The notes under the pieces were generated by a model that saw only the letters and a list, made by a program, of their open reading frames with translations, did not search any database and was not told where the DNA came from. The position numbers and the translations under genes are program-made. 64,000 nucleotides of DNA from the NCBI GenBank assembly GCA_937902275.1, contig CALFNW010000013.1, positions 5,782-69,781 on the forward strand, written 5' to 3'. The DNA is from an uncultured Clostridia bacterium. Lineage in GTDB: Bacteria; Bacillota; Clostridia; Oscillospirales; CAG-272. Below, in pieces: positions 50,377-61,136 of the stretch. Numbering within the stretch: the stretch's first letter is position 1; each line of letters starts with the position of its first letter.

Positions 50377-52590
50377 TCAGGCAAATCCACGGGTCACGTC
50401 GCTGACTCCCGGAACCGCCTTGAGTCTGCCGACGATGCTCTTGACATGATCGAGATTGCGGCAGGCAAGATTCAGGTTCACCGCCGCCGTTCCGTCATGC
50501 TTGGACTGATAGTTTATCGACAAAAGCGAAACCTTCATTTCGGCGAGCGCCGCCGTTATATCCGCAAGCAGCGTGATCGACTCGTCCGCATACACCTGAA
50601 CGAATGCATCATAAGTGTGCGCCGCCTCGCTGACCGCTTCGGTGTCCCAGCGCGCGCTCACAAAACGCTCGGCGTTTTTGCCGTCGACCATGGATCCGCG
50701 CACATTCGGGCAGTCGTGCTTATGGATCGAGATGCCGTATCCACGGGTTATAAATCCGACGATCTTATCACCGGGGAGCGGATTACAGCATTTTGCAAAT
50801 TTGACAAGGCAGCCGCTTTCGCCGTCAACTATAATGCCTCCGCCCGATTTATGCCGCTTACTCGGCAGATTGACGGGGATCTTGGAAGCGTCGTTTGCAA
50901 TTACGGGCGCGTCCGCCGTTTCGGAGGTAACCACACGTTCAAATTCGTCCTTGAGTCTGCCTGAGATCTTAGAAGTGGAAAGACCGCCGTATCCGATGGT
51001 ATTGAGCAGATCGTCCTCGCTCTTTATACCGATTCGGTGCGCGATATTCGTAAGTATTTCACTGCGCTGAGCATCCGTGTACGCTCTGCCGTATTTTTTG
51101 AATTCGCGATCGACCTCGGCTCTTCCGACCACAATATTTTCGGGACGTTTTTCGCGTTTGAACCATTGTCTGATCTTGTTGCGGGCTTCGGAGGTCTTGA
51201 CGATCTTGAGCCAATCGCGGCTCGGTCCTTTTGACGCCGCGCTCGTCAGTATTTCTACGATCTCGCCGTTTTCCGGAACGCTGTCTATCGGCGCGATCGC
51301 TCCGTTTATCTTTGCGCCGATCATCTTATTTCCGACCGCCGAATGGATCGCGTATGCAAAGTCGATAAGCGTTGCTCCCTGAGGCAGTACGATCACGTCG
51401 CCTTTCGGAGTGAACACAAAGGTCTCGTCATGGAAAATGTCTATTTTCAGCGTGCTCAAAAATTCGTCCGGATCCATAGTGTCGTCGTTGGTTTCGATCA
51501 GCTTTGCCACCCATTCAAGCTTGCGGTCGATCTCCTCTTTACTGCTTGCGCCCGACTTGTACTTCCAATGCGCGGCAATACCGTATTCGGCGACCTGATG
51601 CATTTCGTAAGTACGGATCTGCACTTCAAACGGGATCCCGTCATGACCGATGACCGTCGTATGAAGCGAACGGTAAAGGTTGGGCTTAGGAGTCGAAATA
51701 TAATCCTTGAAACGTCCGGGCATGGACTTATACATCTCATGGATTATACCGAGCACGGTATAGCACTCAAGCTCGGTGCCGACGATTATTCTCAGCGCGT
51801 AAAAATCGTATATTTCGTCAAAGCTCTTGTTCTGGTTATACATCTTTTTGTAGATGCTGTATACCGTCTTTACTCTGCCCTCAAGCGTAAAGTTTATGTT
51901 GTATTCCCGAAGTTTCTCGCTCACCGCCTCACGGCAGCGTTCTATAAAGTCACGATTCTGACCGTACTTGCGCTCAATGTCGTTCTGCACCTCTTCGTAT
52001 CCGATCGGGTCAAGATACGAAAGCGAAAGTCCCTCAAGCTCCTGCTTGATCTTCTGCATACCGAGTCGGTGAGCAAGCGGCGCAAACACGTGCATAGTTT
52101 CAAGCGCAGTCTCACGGCGCTTGGCTTCGGGCTTGGCGGAAAGCGTGCGCATATTGTGAAGTCGGTCGCAAAGCTTGATAAAGATGACTCGGATATCTTT
52201 CGACATGGCGAGAAACATCTTGCGCAGATTCTCGATCTCGGCTTCTTCTTTGTCCACCACATTGAAATGTACGATCTTCGTTACGCCGTCAACCAGCAGT
52301 GCGACCTCTTTTCCGAATTCCTTTTCTATCTTTTCAATGCTGATCTTGTCCGAACAGTCTTCGACCGTGTCGTGCAAAAGCGCCGCGCATATCGAGTCGG
52401 TATCAAGCTCAAGCCCGGCAAGGATCTCGGCGACCGCGATCGGGTGGCTGATATACGGCTCGCCGCTGACTCTGAACTGCCCGCGATGCAACTCATCGGC
52501 ATACAGAAAAGCTTTTTTGATTTTTTCAACATCGTAATTTTTACCTGTCTTTTCAAGCATGGAAAGCAGGTTTTCAATCGCTTCGTACAT
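50377..52590 (-). CDS. relA: Bifunctional (p)ppGpp synthetase/hydrolase (RelA/SpoT homologue)
   Basis: HD domain (GEPYI.HP..VA), synthetase domain (RIKT..SI..KM, YRSLHT), and TGS and ACT domains. Starts are possible at the ATG at 52590 or the in-frame ATG at 52602. Confidence 0.95.
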   Translation of the reverse strand: MYEAIENLLSMLEKTGKNYDVEKIKKAFLYADELHRGQFRVSGEPYISHPIAVAEILAGLELDTDSICAALLHDTVEDCSDKISIEKIEKEFGKEVALLVDGVTKIVHFNVVDKEEAEIENLRKMFLAMSKDIRVIFIKLCDRLHNMRTLSAKPEAKRRETALETMHVFAPLAHRLGMQKIKQELEGLSLSYLDPIGYEEVQNDIERKYGQNRDFIERCREAVSEKLREYNINFTLEGRVKTVYSIYKKMYNQNKSFDEIYDFYALRIIVGTELECYTVLGIIHEMYKSMPGRFKDYISTPKPNLYRSLHTTVIGHDGIPFEVQIRTYEMHQVAEYGIAAHWKYKSGASSKEEIDRKLEWVAKLIETNDDTMDPDEFLSTLKIDIFHDETFVFTPKGDVIVLPQGATLIDFAYAIHSAVGNKMIGAKINGAIAPIDSVPENGEIVEILTSAASKGPSRDWLKIVKTSEARNKIRQWFKREKRPENIVVGRAEVDREFKKYGRAYTDAQRSEILTNIAHRIGIKSEDDLLNTIGYGGLSTSKISGRLKDEFERVVTSETADAPVIANDASKIPVNLPSKRHKSGGGIIVDGESGCLVKFAKCCNPLPGDKIVGFITRGYGISIHKHDCPNVRGSMVDGKNAERFVSARWDTEAVSEAAHTYDAFVQVYADESITLLADITAALAEMKVSLLSINYQSKHDGTAAVNLNLACRNLDHVKSIVGRLKAVPGVSDVTRGFA

Positions 52591-52599
52591 AATAATCTT

Positions 52600-52690
52600 C
52601 ATGCCGCCGTAGGCGGTTCAAAAAATAAACGTGAATTCTCCGCGCTGCTGCGGCGCGGAAATTCGGTGCGTGAAAATAAAGTTTCACTTG
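52600..52690 (-). repeat. Leader repeat family, copy C, in the recJ-relA spacer
   Basis: On the minus strand: GTGAAActttatTTTCAC, GCACCGAATTT, CCGCGCcgcagcaGCGCGG, then AGAATTCACGTTTATTTTTTGAA-CCGCCtacGGCGG-CATGAAGATTATT-ATG. Confidence 0.65.
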
Positions 52691-52749
52691 ATAAAGATGA
52701 AATTTTTGCGATTCATGCCGCCCAAAACGGAGTTCTCAAACGCCGCGAT

Positions 52750-54918
52750 TTATGCAAGCCCGGATCTCAGTCTTCCGTAAAGCGGCACTTTTTCAAGCTC
52801 GGCTTTGCCGACTGCGACTCCGGGCGCAAGCGAATAAACTCCTTGCTCGTTTACGGGGGCAGCACTTATAACCTCTGCTTCCGAAAGGATATCAAGCGCG
52901 GCCCTGAGCTTTATGTAGGTCATACGCACACCGCACTCGTTAAGCTCGCGCATAAGCTTCCGTAAGCATACGGCGGAGTCGCCCGCGTCAAGCCGTGCTT
53001 TAAGAGCACGGTAAACTGCGGCAAAATCCGCGCGCTCGGGAAATTCGTCCGCCGGGAAAGCGCCTTGCGTGCATAAACATTCATACTCGTGCGCACGTCC
53101 GCGCTCTGCATCGCATGCCGACCTCGAAAGCTTGATATCGCGCACATTGAGCTGAATACTCTTTCGCCCGTTATACTCGTTAAGCTCAAGTTTGGCAAGT
53201 AAGTCTACACTATCGCCGCATATATACGGAAAACTCCGATAAGGCGTGCCGAACAACAGTGCCGTCATCGGCTTGTCTTTATATGAAAGCGTAAGCTTGA
53301 TGTGCTTGCCCTCCTTGAGAGGGCGCACCTCGGTAATCAAAAGGTCTCGGATCTCAAACTGCGGAGTAGGATTTGCCTGCCCGCAAGGTTCAAGCAATGA
53401 CAGCTCCTCGACAAGCCCGCGCGTGATCTCGTCCGCTTCGATCACTGCGTCTGCCTCATAACTGCAAACAGCCTCGCCGCCGCTCATCGTTTCGGCGGCA
53501 CATTCGTTTATCAGCCGTCTGAAGTTTTGAAGCTCCGAACGCTTGACGGTCAACCCGGCGGCAAGTTCGTGTCCGCCGTATCTGAGCAATGCCCCGGACG
53601 CATACTCAAGCGCGCGTGAAAGGTCAAACCCTTTTACGCTTCTTCCCGAACCTTTGCCGATATCATCAGGTCCGCCGTCACCCGCAATACCGCCTTCAAA
53701 CGAGACAAGTATGCAGGGCATACCGGTTCTGTCGGTGATCCTTGAAGCGACGATACCGATGATTCCGTGATTCCATGAATCGTCCGATACCACTATCACA
53801 GGATCATCTTCCGAACACTCCGATGCGATTTTTTCATCAATGCCCTCAAGCATCTCGTTTTCACGCTTCTGTCTTTCGGCATTGAGCTTGCACAGCCCGT
53901 CGGCGATCTCCGCGGCAGTGCTCTCATCTTCGGTCAGAAACAGCTCGGCGGCGTACGCCGCGTTCGCCAATCTCCCGGCGGCGTTTATTCTCGGGGCAAG
54001 CGTATAGCTGATAAGCCCCGCTCCGAATTTTTTCTTTTTCCCGTCGGAATAATCGGTACCGCTCGCCGCGCTGATAAGCGCCTTAACACCGATAAATTTC
54101 GGATTTTCCATCGACCGCAGACCGTACGCGGTCACGGCTCGGTTTTCATCAATAAGCGGCATAACATCCGCTACCGTGCCGATCGCTACAAGCTCCGAAT
54201 ATTTCTCAAGTACTGCGTATGCGGCTTCGTTGACGCTCATGCCGCATCTGCGCATCTCAAGCGCGCAAACCGTTTTGTATGCCACCCCGACTCCCGCAAG
54301 CGCGTCAAACGGGTACGAATCGCTTCGCTTCGGGTCAACGCAGCAGGTATCCGGCAGTATTATCTCTCCCTCAAGAGTGCGCCGACATTCGTGGTGATCG
54401 GTCACTACGGTTTCAAGCCCGACGGACTTTGCGTAAGCAATTTCGTCTATCGCGGTAATGCCGGTGTCAACGGTTATCATAAACTCGGCGCCGCCCGCTT
54501 TCAGCCTGTCGATCGCCGCGTTGTTAAGTCCGTATCCCTCGCCCGTCCGTGTGGGAATATAATATCCCACATCCGCTCCGAGCGAACGCAGATACAGGCA
54601 GAGTAAGCAGGTCGACGTGACTCCGTCTACATCATAATCTCCGTATACCACGATCCTGCGCCCTGCCGCAAGCGCCGCTTCAAGCGCTTCGCAAAGCTCC
54701 GTCATCGAATCAAGTGCAAACGGATCGTGAAATTCAAAATGTTCCGGCGAAATAAAACCGCTCGCCTTTTCGACATCGGTACAGCCGCGCATATATAAAA
54801 GCGACGCCGTGATCGTACTTACCCCGAGCGCGCTTGCAATTTCGGCAACCGCGCCGTCGGGAGCGGGCTTTCGCACCGTCCAAAGCTTCTCGGCGGTTGC
54901 TCTGTCTTTAATCTTCAT
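52750..54918 (-). CDS. recJ: Single-stranded-DNA-specific exonuclease RecJ
   Basis: DHH motifs (YGDYDVDG, DTGI, TDHH) and DHHA1 (GGH..AAG), plus a C-terminal OB-containing extension. Confidence 0.9.
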   Translation of the reverse strand: MKIKDRATAEKLWTVRKPAPDGAVAEIASALGVSTITASLLYMRGCTDVEKASGFISPEHFEFHDPFALDSMTELCEALEAALAAGRRIVVYGDYDVDGVTSTCLLCLYLRSLGADVGYYIPTRTGEGYGLNNAAIDRLKAGGAEFMITVDTGITAIDEIAYAKSVGLETVVTDHHECRRTLEGEIILPDTCCVDPKRSDSYPFDALAGVGVAYKTVCALEMRRCGMSVNEAAYAVLEKYSELVAIGTVADVMPLIDENRAVTAYGLRSMENPKFIGVKALISAASGTDYSDGKKKKFGAGLISYTLAPRINAAGRLANAAYAAELFLTEDESTAAEIADGLCKLNAERQKRENEMLEGIDEKIASECSEDDPVIVVSDDSWNHGIIGIVASRITDRTGMPCILVSFEGGIAGDGGPDDIGKGSGRSVKGFDLSRALEYASGALLRYGGHELAAGLTVKRSELQNFRRLINECAAETMSGGEAVCSYEADAVIEADEITRGLVEELSLLEPCGQANPTPQFEIRDLLITEVRPLKEGKHIKLTLSYKDKPMTALLFGTPYRSFPYICGDSVDLLAKLELNEYNGRKSIQLNVRDIKLSRSACDAERGRAHEYECLCTQGAFPADEFPERADFAAVYRALKARLDAGDSAVCLRKLMRELNECGVRMTYIKLRAALDILSEAEVISAAPVNEQGVYSLAPGVAVGKAELEKVPLYGRLRSGLA

Positions 54919-55375
54919 CTTTTTTCCGAATATCCTCTTTCATATCATCGGTATCGCTTCGCGAGATCACCGATTCGACGATAACATCGTATCCGCGCCG
55001 TGCGGTTCGCTCACATATGACCGCCGCGACCGCAAATGTCGCGGCAAATGTCGCGATCGCGCTCGCCGGTGCAGATATTCCAAGGCGTGCGGCAGCAAGA
55101 TACGCGGCTATCGACAAGAGCGTCGGTGCGAAGAAGAGTGCCGCCGAATATGCAAGCACCTTCCCCGAAGCCGTTTCAAGCGTCACCGTATCTCCCCTCG
55201 CGGCATTCGCATCATTGCGCGCCCGAGTCACCGCTTGCTTTTCGCCGAACGTAAAGCAGGCACTGCAGGCTCCGGTATTGTTATGACACATATCGCACGC
55301 GCTTTTTCTTGAAACCTCAACGGTTGCGGTCATGCCATCGACCGATATCACTTTTCCCGTTTGTTTCATACGCAA
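54908..55375 (-). CDS. RseC/MucC (SoxR-reducing system) family protein
   Basis: G.V........A.V.V.R.SAC..C ... G..V........ followed by two transmembrane helices. It overlaps the recJ start by 11 nt. Confidence 0.7.
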   Translation of the reverse strand: MRMKQTGKVISVDGMTATVEVSRKSACDMCHNNTGACSACFTFGEKQAVTRARNDANAARGDTVTLETASGKVLAYSAALFFAPTLLSIAAYLAAARLGISAPASAIATFAATFAVAAVICERTARRGYDVIVESVISRSDTDDMKEDIRKKDED

Positions 55376-55400
55376 TTACCTCACATATCAGTATGTAAAT

Positions 55401-57011
55401 TCAGAGATCGCCGCACGGCGCGTATTTTGTAATTATTGACTCGGCGATCCGCAATCCGTCCGCCGCCGCGCTCGTAATGCCGCCGGCATACCCGGCGCCC
55501 TCTCCGCCGGGATACAGATTCGCGAAATTCACCGCACTGCAATCGGCGTTTCTGAGTATGCGAAGCGGCGCCGAGGTGCGCGTTTCAAATCCGGTGAGCA
55601 CCGCATCTGTGTCGCCGAAACATTCCATTTTGCGTGAAAATACATTAAAGCCCACGCGCAGCATATCACCGATGAACGGCGGCACGAGCGCGTCAAGCGC
55701 ACAGACCCTGACGTTTCCGTTCATGTAGGTCGGCACCACATTCGTCGGCTCGCATAAGCCGCTCCGTGCCGAGTTCATAAAGTCTCCCACCGTTTCGATC
55801 GGCGCGCGATAGCCTCCGCCGCCGGCGGCGAACGCCGCCCTCTCTATCCTGCGCTGGAAGTTCATACCGTCAAACAGTGAGCTTCCGAAATCGCCTGCCC
55901 CCACCGATACCGCAATCGCCGCGTTGGCATTTTTACCGTCGCGCGCATATCGGCTCATTCCGTTGGTAACTACGCCGCCGTCCTCGCTTGCGGCTGCAAC
56001 GACCTCTCCGCCCGGGCACATACAGAAGCTGTACACCGCCCGCTCACCGAGGCGGTAAGACAGTGCATACTCGCCGACCGGCAGATGCGGATCCCCGGCG
56101 TAGCTTCCGTAAAGCGATTCATCCACGCGGCTTTGCAGGTGCTCGACTCTCACACCCACCGAAAACGGCTTTGCCTCAAGCATTACGCCGCGTGCGGCAA
56201 GTTTTTCATACGTGTCGCGCGCGCTGTGACCCGGCGCAAGCACAAGCACGGGAGTTTCTATATACTCCCCGCCGACCTTGACCGCGCGCACTCCGTGCGC
56301 GTCAAATTCAAAATCTTCCGCCATGGAATCGTACCGCACTTCGCCGCCGAGCGATACTATTCGAGCGGCAATATGCTTCACCACCTCAAGCAAACGGTCT
56401 GTACCGACATGAGGCTTGGCGGAATATATGACCTCCTCGGGCGCGCCGAAGTCGTGCATTTGTTTAAGCACGCGCGCGCATCGCGGATCGCTTATCCGCG
56501 TGACGAGCTTGCCGTCCGAAAAGGTGCCTGCGCCACCCGCGCCGAACTGAATATTCGAGTCTTCAAGCACCCCCGTACGGTAAAAACGCTCTACCGCCTC
56601 GCGCCGTTTTTCAACATCGGCGCCGCGCTCAAGCACGATCGGCCGGTATCCGTATTCGGCAAGTTCGAGCGCCGCAAACATTCCGCACGGCCCCATTCCG
56701 ATTATCACCGGTCTGCCGCCGAGCGGTTCGCTTCCGACCTTAAGCTTTTCGCAAGGATCCGAAATGACGGTCGCATCCGCTTCATCAAGCGCTTTCTTAT
56801 GAAATTTTATTTTCTCACCGCACGGAAACGAGATCGAATACACGAAGCTCGGCGCACGGTCGCGATGTCTGGCGTCGATTGACTTTTTGTATATGCGCGC
56901 TTCCTCGACCCTTGCCTTCAGCCCCAGCCGTTGCGCTTTTTTCAGCGCCGTCATAAACGCCTCGCCCGGCTCGGCATCAAACGGCAACTTGATATTACGA
57001 AAAATTACCAT
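55401..57011 (-). CDS. FAD-dependent oxidoreductase (COG2509-like)
   Basis: The Rossmann motif IIGMGPCGMFAALELA, and the length and layout typical of clostridial NAD(FAD)-utilising dehydrogenases. Confidence 0.7.
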   Translation of the reverse strand: MVIFRNIKLPFDAEPGEAFMTALKKAQRLGLKARVEEARIYKKSIDARHRDRAPSFVYSISFPCGEKIKFHKKALDEADATVISDPCEKLKVGSEPLGGRPVIIGMGPCGMFAALELAEYGYRPIVLERGADVEKRREAVERFYRTGVLEDSNIQFGAGGAGTFSDGKLVTRISDPRCARVLKQMHDFGAPEEVIYSAKPHVGTDRLLEVVKHIAARIVSLGGEVRYDSMAEDFEFDAHGVRAVKVGGEYIETPVLVLAPGHSARDTYEKLAARGVMLEAKPFSVGVRVEHLQSRVDESLYGSYAGDPHLPVGEYALSYRLGERAVYSFCMCPGGEVVAAASEDGGVVTNGMSRYARDGKNANAAIAVSVGAGDFGSSLFDGMNFQRRIERAAFAAGGGGYRAPIETVGDFMNSARSGLCEPTNVVPTYMNGNVRVCALDALVPPFIGDMLRVGFNVFSRKMECFGDTDAVLTGFETRTSAPLRILRNADCSAVNFANLYPGGEGAGYAGGITSAAADGLRIAESIITKYAPCGDL

Positions 57012-57074
57012 TTTCTTGTATTAAACCTTTCGGGTTTCAAAACGGGCATGCAGCACTTTAAAAGTGCGCTGTGC

Positions 57075-58355
57075 TCATTTTATTTCAACGTCGATCGTGT
57101 AGTCGCCGATCTCGTAAACCGAATCGGACAGTGTAGACGGCAGGCTGATGGTAACGGGCACGCTTACCCGTCCGCTCCCTCTTGAGTAGAACGACAGGTC
57201 CACCTGTGCGCCGATATTTGCCGGAGTGACCATGGCAAGCGAGCCGGAACTTCCGCGAAGCGTCACATTGATACTGTCATCGACCAGCGTATAGTCAAGC
57301 CCATTCGGATTTTTAACCGTTATGCCCTGCACATTTATCTCGCGCGTCGAAGTATTCACATGAGTGACCGTGACCGTCGCGCTTTCGGTCTTACTGCGGT
57401 TCTCCACACCGTCGGGCAGCTCTATCATGACCGTGCGCGTATTTGTCGTGCCGACCATCTTTTTCTCATCCACGGTAAGCACGGTGATATCATTGATACC
57501 CGAAAGCACCGTCGGATCTCCGCGAAGCAATATCGTCTGCGGCACTATCGTCACACGCGCCGTCGAATCGTCGTAATACCCGTACCTGAACTCCACCGTG
57601 AGCGGCACCTCTTTTTCGGCATACACCGGCACCGTAACGGTTATCTCACTGCGGCTCAGCTTTACATACGGATTTGTTATGACGCTTCCGTCCTTGCCTA
57701 CAAGCACAATATCGCCGGTCGCCGTGATCGACTTTGTAAGCTTGCCGAGCTCAAGCGTCACCTGTGCGTATTCTATCATGTCAAGCACGTTGCCCGGACC
57801 GCTGACCGTAATAGTTTCAAAGTCCGCCGCAGGTGTGCCGAGAGTCAGATCCGATTCAATGCTGTACAACGGATTTATTTTGATCTGCACATTCCGCGAT
57901 TCGCGCTTGTCAACATAGACGTTGACATAGTTGGTCGAAAGTTCCTTCTGACTGACGTTTCCCGGCACCGTGGTGCGCACGTCAAGCGTATGATCGCCCG
58001 AAGCCGCTATCTGCGAGACATCAACGTAAGCGTCTATATCATCCGCGCCGATCTTGTTGAGCGCACTGCGCGTTCCGCTTACCGTAACGTCCACCGTATA
58101 ATCGTAACCGTTTATCACAGTCATTCCGCTTTCGGTCTCAAGCGTATCCACACCGATTATATCAACCGGTATCGAAACGAACTTGCGGTCTTCGATTATA
58201 GTCTGCGCGCTGACCGCATAAAACCAAATGAGTACCGCGCCGACAAGACAGCATATCTTTGCGGCAAAGTCGCGGTTCTTCTCCTTTTCGTTTTTAGACT
58301 CGCTGTTTTTAAACGACGATATACGGTCAACGATATTTTTAAAAAAGCTTTTCAT
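57075..58355 (-). CDS. cdaR: YbbR-domain protein CdaR (regulator of diadenylate cyclase)
   Basis: An N-terminal transmembrane helix followed by four YbbR-like beta repeats (V.V.V....). Its start overlaps the cdaA stop by 4 nt. Confidence 0.85.
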   Translation of the reverse strand: MKSFFKNIVDRISSFKNSESKNEKEKNRDFAAKICCLVGAVLIWFYAVSAQTIIEDRKFVSIPVDIIGVDTLETESGMTVINGYDYTVDVTVSGTRSALNKIGADDIDAYVDVSQIAASGDHTLDVRTTVPGNVSQKELSTNYVNVYVDKRESRNVQIKINPLYSIESDLTLGTPAADFETITVSGPGNVLDMIEYAQVTLELGKLTKSITATGDIVLVGKDGSVITNPYVKLSRSEITVTVPVYAEKEVPLTVEFRYGYYDDSTARVTIVPQTILLRGDPTVLSGINDITVLTVDEKKMVGTTNTRTVMIELPDGVENRSKTESATVTVTHVNTSTREINVQGITVKNPNGLDYTLVDDSINVTLRGSSGSLAMVTPANIGAQVDLSFYSRGSGRVSVPVTISLPSTLSDSVYEIGDYTIDVEIK

Positions 58356-59254
58356 TTTGCCGCCTCCGTATCAGACTCACCGCTTGTCCCGCGTCGGCGC
58401 AGTTTCCTGCGTTTTCCGATTCCGTCGCCGGACTCAGCGTCCTCGGCGATCAACTCGGATTCCAAAAATTTCTTTAGCGACTGATAGCTGAAATCGCGTC
58501 TGAGATTGCCGTCAGTAGCACATGAAATAGTACCGGTCTCCTCGGAAACTATTATCACCACCGCGTCGCTGTTTTCGCTCATGCCTATACCGGCTCTGTG
58601 TCTGGTACCGAGATCCTTGATTATTTCGGGGCTTACCGAAAGCGGCAAAAAACAGCCCGCCGCGTATACGCGCAGATCACGTATTATCATCGCGCCGTCG
58701 TGCAGCGGCGCTTTATTGAAAAATATATTCTTGATGAGCATGGGATCGTGGTAAGCGTCAACTACCGTACCGGTCTTGATAATATCGCCGAGCTTGGTCT
58801 CCCGTTCAATGACAATGAGCGCACCGGTCTTCTCAAGCGACATATCGCAGACAGCGGAGGTGATATCCGAAATGAGCTTTTTAGTCTCTTCACGACTGCC
58901 GCCGCGGTCGCCGAAACGCAGATTCTTGAACGACTCTGCTCCCATTTTTTCAAGCGCACTGCGAAGCTCGGGCTGAAATACGATTATCAGCGCTATTATT
59001 CCGACTTGAAACAGATTCTGCATGATAAAGCTCATGGCGTACATTTTTGCCGCCTCGCTTATCAGCATAAATATCACGAGCAGAATTACGCCGAGCGCAA
59101 GCTTGCCGGCCCTGCGGTCGCGGATAAACTTATACGCATAGTAAAGCAAGAAAGCGACAAGCAGAATGTCGATAATATCGACAGCGGACACCGTCGATAT
59201 CACGGTTCTTATATGAGCGGCAGCTTCCTTCAGCGTCTGAACGATCGTCTCCAA
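58352..59254 (-). CDS. cdaA: Diadenylate cyclase CdaA
   Basis: Three N-terminal transmembrane helices and a DAC domain (GALIVIER, PLHDGA.II, LGTRHRAG.G.SE.SDA..I.VSEETG.IS). The TTG start at 59254 has GGAGGA 8 nt upstream. Confidence 0.9.
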   Translation of the reverse strand: METIVQTLKEAAAHIRTVISTVSAVDIIDILLVAFLLYYAYKFIRDRRAGKLALGVILLVIFMLISEAAKMYAMSFIMQNLFQVGIIALIIVFQPELRSALEKMGAESFKNLRFGDRGGSREETKKLISDITSAVCDMSLEKTGALIVIERETKLGDIIKTGTVVDAYHDPMLIKNIFFNKAPLHDGAMIIRDLRVYAAGCFLPLSVSPEIIKDLGTRHRAGIGMSENSDAVVIIVSEETGTISCATDGNLRRDFSYQSLKKFLESELIAEDAESGDGIGKRRKLRRRGTSGESDTEAAK

Positions 59255-59470
59255 AATCCCGTTCCTCCGTCAAAACTTTTATAATATATAATTATATCAC
59301 AAATATTCGGAGATTTCAAACGCTGAAGGCAATTTTTCTTAAAATTTACGACTTGTTAAACAAATCGCCGCCCGTATGTTACAGTTCACAAAACTCAAGC
59401 CGAATGTCGCCGTTTAATGCAGGGATTTATGTGGCATTTGCACAAATCCACGACATCGGCATTGGCGGTA

Positions 59471-60565
59471 CTACGACTCGGGTATCAGCTTTTTTATAAG
59501 CTCTGCGGTAAATGCTTCCTTTGCTTCAAAATCCATAGTCCCCGAATATATGCTTTCAAGCTCCGCGTGATATCCGAACGCCTCTTTCAGACAAGCGATC
59601 GCAGACTCAAGAGTTTCGGTATGCATTTTTTCAAGCCGACGCAGTTCGGGGCGAAGTTTACGCATCGCATCGCCGTCAATGAAGCGTAATGCTCTGAAGT
59701 TTTCTCCGCAAGTGCAGTTTTCCGCCTTTATCACCGCCGTGTCCGCGCCGTCAAAGTACAACGCCTCGCACTTTGCGGGATCGAGCGGATCGAGCGCCAC
59801 GGTGCAGGACACGCCGCGCTTTTTAGCCGCGCGTCTCAGTGCCGCCATGACCACCTCCGACGCGCCGTATTTCCCGTCGGTCTTAATTATTTTCCCCGCA
59901 GAGCCGAATGTCGGCAGGACTTTATGTCCCAAATAAGAGATCGCGCTCACAAAAACGGCTCTCTCCCGTGCCGCGCCGCCGTCACGCGGCAGTTTACCGA
60001 CAAATCGCACCGCAAACGCCTCAAGCTTTGCAAAATCGAACGCTGATTCGATCAGCTTGTCGGATATTTCGTCCACCTTGCCGGCAAGTGACAGCAGGCT
60101 GTAACTGCGCTCAAAAGCCGCTTTCTTCAGATCGCAGAGCTCAATAATACGTTCCCGTGCCGACTCAAGCGCCCCTGTGTCCCAGAACTCTCCGAGGTTA
60201 ATGATCTCATCAACCGCACCCGGGAAATGCGGATCGCGGGTATGCGGAGCCGTGCCGTCGATTACGGCAAGCTTTTTTTCTTTGATAATGATTCCGTCAA
60301 GCGATTTCGGATCGGAGGAACAATAATAATATTCCGCCGCAAATCCCGAATGCTCCGCCGCCTCGGCGATCTCACGCATCAGACGGCTTTTGCCGGTGCC
60401 GCTTCCGCCTTTGATAATATACAGTTTTTCAAGTTTTCTTTCATCGAATATCTCATCAAACAGTGAAAAGAAACCGCGTTTTGAGTTTGCCGCAGCATAA
60501 AACTCCGCCTTGCTCTCAGTGTCCGTCATAACTTGCTTTCTGTCGGCGAAGCCGACACCGATCAT
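59471..60565 (-). CDS. P-loop ATPase of unknown function
   Basis: Walker A KGGSGTGKS and a Walker B-like KLAVIDGTAPH. I recognise no other domain. The start is uncertain (ATG at 60565 or 60529), and neither has a strong SD. Confidence 0.6.
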   Translation of the reverse strand: MIGVGFADRKQVMTDTESKAEFYAAANSKRGFFSLFDEIFDERKLEKLYIIKGGSGTGKSRLMREIAEAAEHSGFAAEYYYCSSDPKSLDGIIIKEKKLAVIDGTAPHTRDPHFPGAVDEIINLGEFWDTGALESARERIIELCDLKKAAFERSYSLLSLAGKVDEISDKLIESAFDFAKLEAFAVRFVGKLPRDGGAARERAVFVSAISYLGHKVLPTFGSAGKIIKTDGKYGASEVVMAALRRAAKKRGVSCTVALDPLDPAKCEALYFDGADTAVIKAENCTCGENFRALRFIDGDAMRKLRPELRRLEKMHTETLESAIACLKEAFGYHAELESIYSGTMDFEAKEAFTAELIKKLIPES

Positions 60566-60952
60566 GGATACGATTTTGCATGGGTATACTCATATTTTAT
60601 GCCGAAGCCGCTGTTTTGCGCCTCAAAGCGATACAAAAAAGGGGCAAAAACTCAAAATGAGCTTTTACCTCTCTCTCGGTATTGGTCTCGGCGGCAAAAC
60701 GCCGCCGTTTTGCCGTTGGATCTGACAAAAAGTCAAAGTTATCGAGTCAGGAACTGCCGAATACCGCTTCAAAAATTCGGAGAGCCGGATCAGAATTTTT
60801 GAAGCGCTGTCAAACCATTGGTTTTTAACAGCTCCTGCGCGGTTATTTGCACGTTCTGACAGCTTATTTGCTTTTTTACCTAAAAGTCAACGGGGTTGCA
60901 ACAGACGCCGCGCCTATTGCAACCCCGAAATTATTTTTGCAACTCCCACCGA

Positions 60953-61136
60953 GTCGTGTGGATCCGTCAATAAAACCCTGCTTTCGCAAGGTTTGGCGTC
61001 CTCTCCGCCGCTTTGTGCTACCAGCATCCGTGCGCGCCGTGTCAAAAGCAGGGCGCGTCGGGAGGTCTGCATACCCGCAGGCAGAAGTCAGACTCCTGTT
61101 TTTAAGTGTGGGTTTATAGAACGGATCATCACGGGC
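60953..61136. ncRNA. Candidate structured RNA of unknown class; strand unresolved
   Basis: It lies in a 660-bp gene-free gap. A long-range helix pairs 60956-60979 with 61111-61134 and encloses at least four local hairpins, including CCTTGC-GAAA-GCAGGG when read on the minus strand. Terminator-like hairpins flank it on both sides. No SRP, RNase P, tmRNA or known riboswitch signature was recognised. Confidence 0.3.

Noticed and set aside
51343-52965. A 540-aa ORF on the plus strand, plus other long antisense ORFs (for example 31332-32360 minus, 14686-15612 minus, 57360-58484 plus, 4331-5116 minus, 10440-11117 minus and 56085-56882 plus).
   Set aside because: Each lies entirely opposite a gene with unmistakable conserved motifs (relA, pheT, an ABC exporter, cdaR, atpA, rplL, the FAD protein). 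Their translations are Arg/Ser/His-rich and low in complexity, with no recognisable domain. They look like shadow ORFs of the kind common in GC-rich coding DNA.
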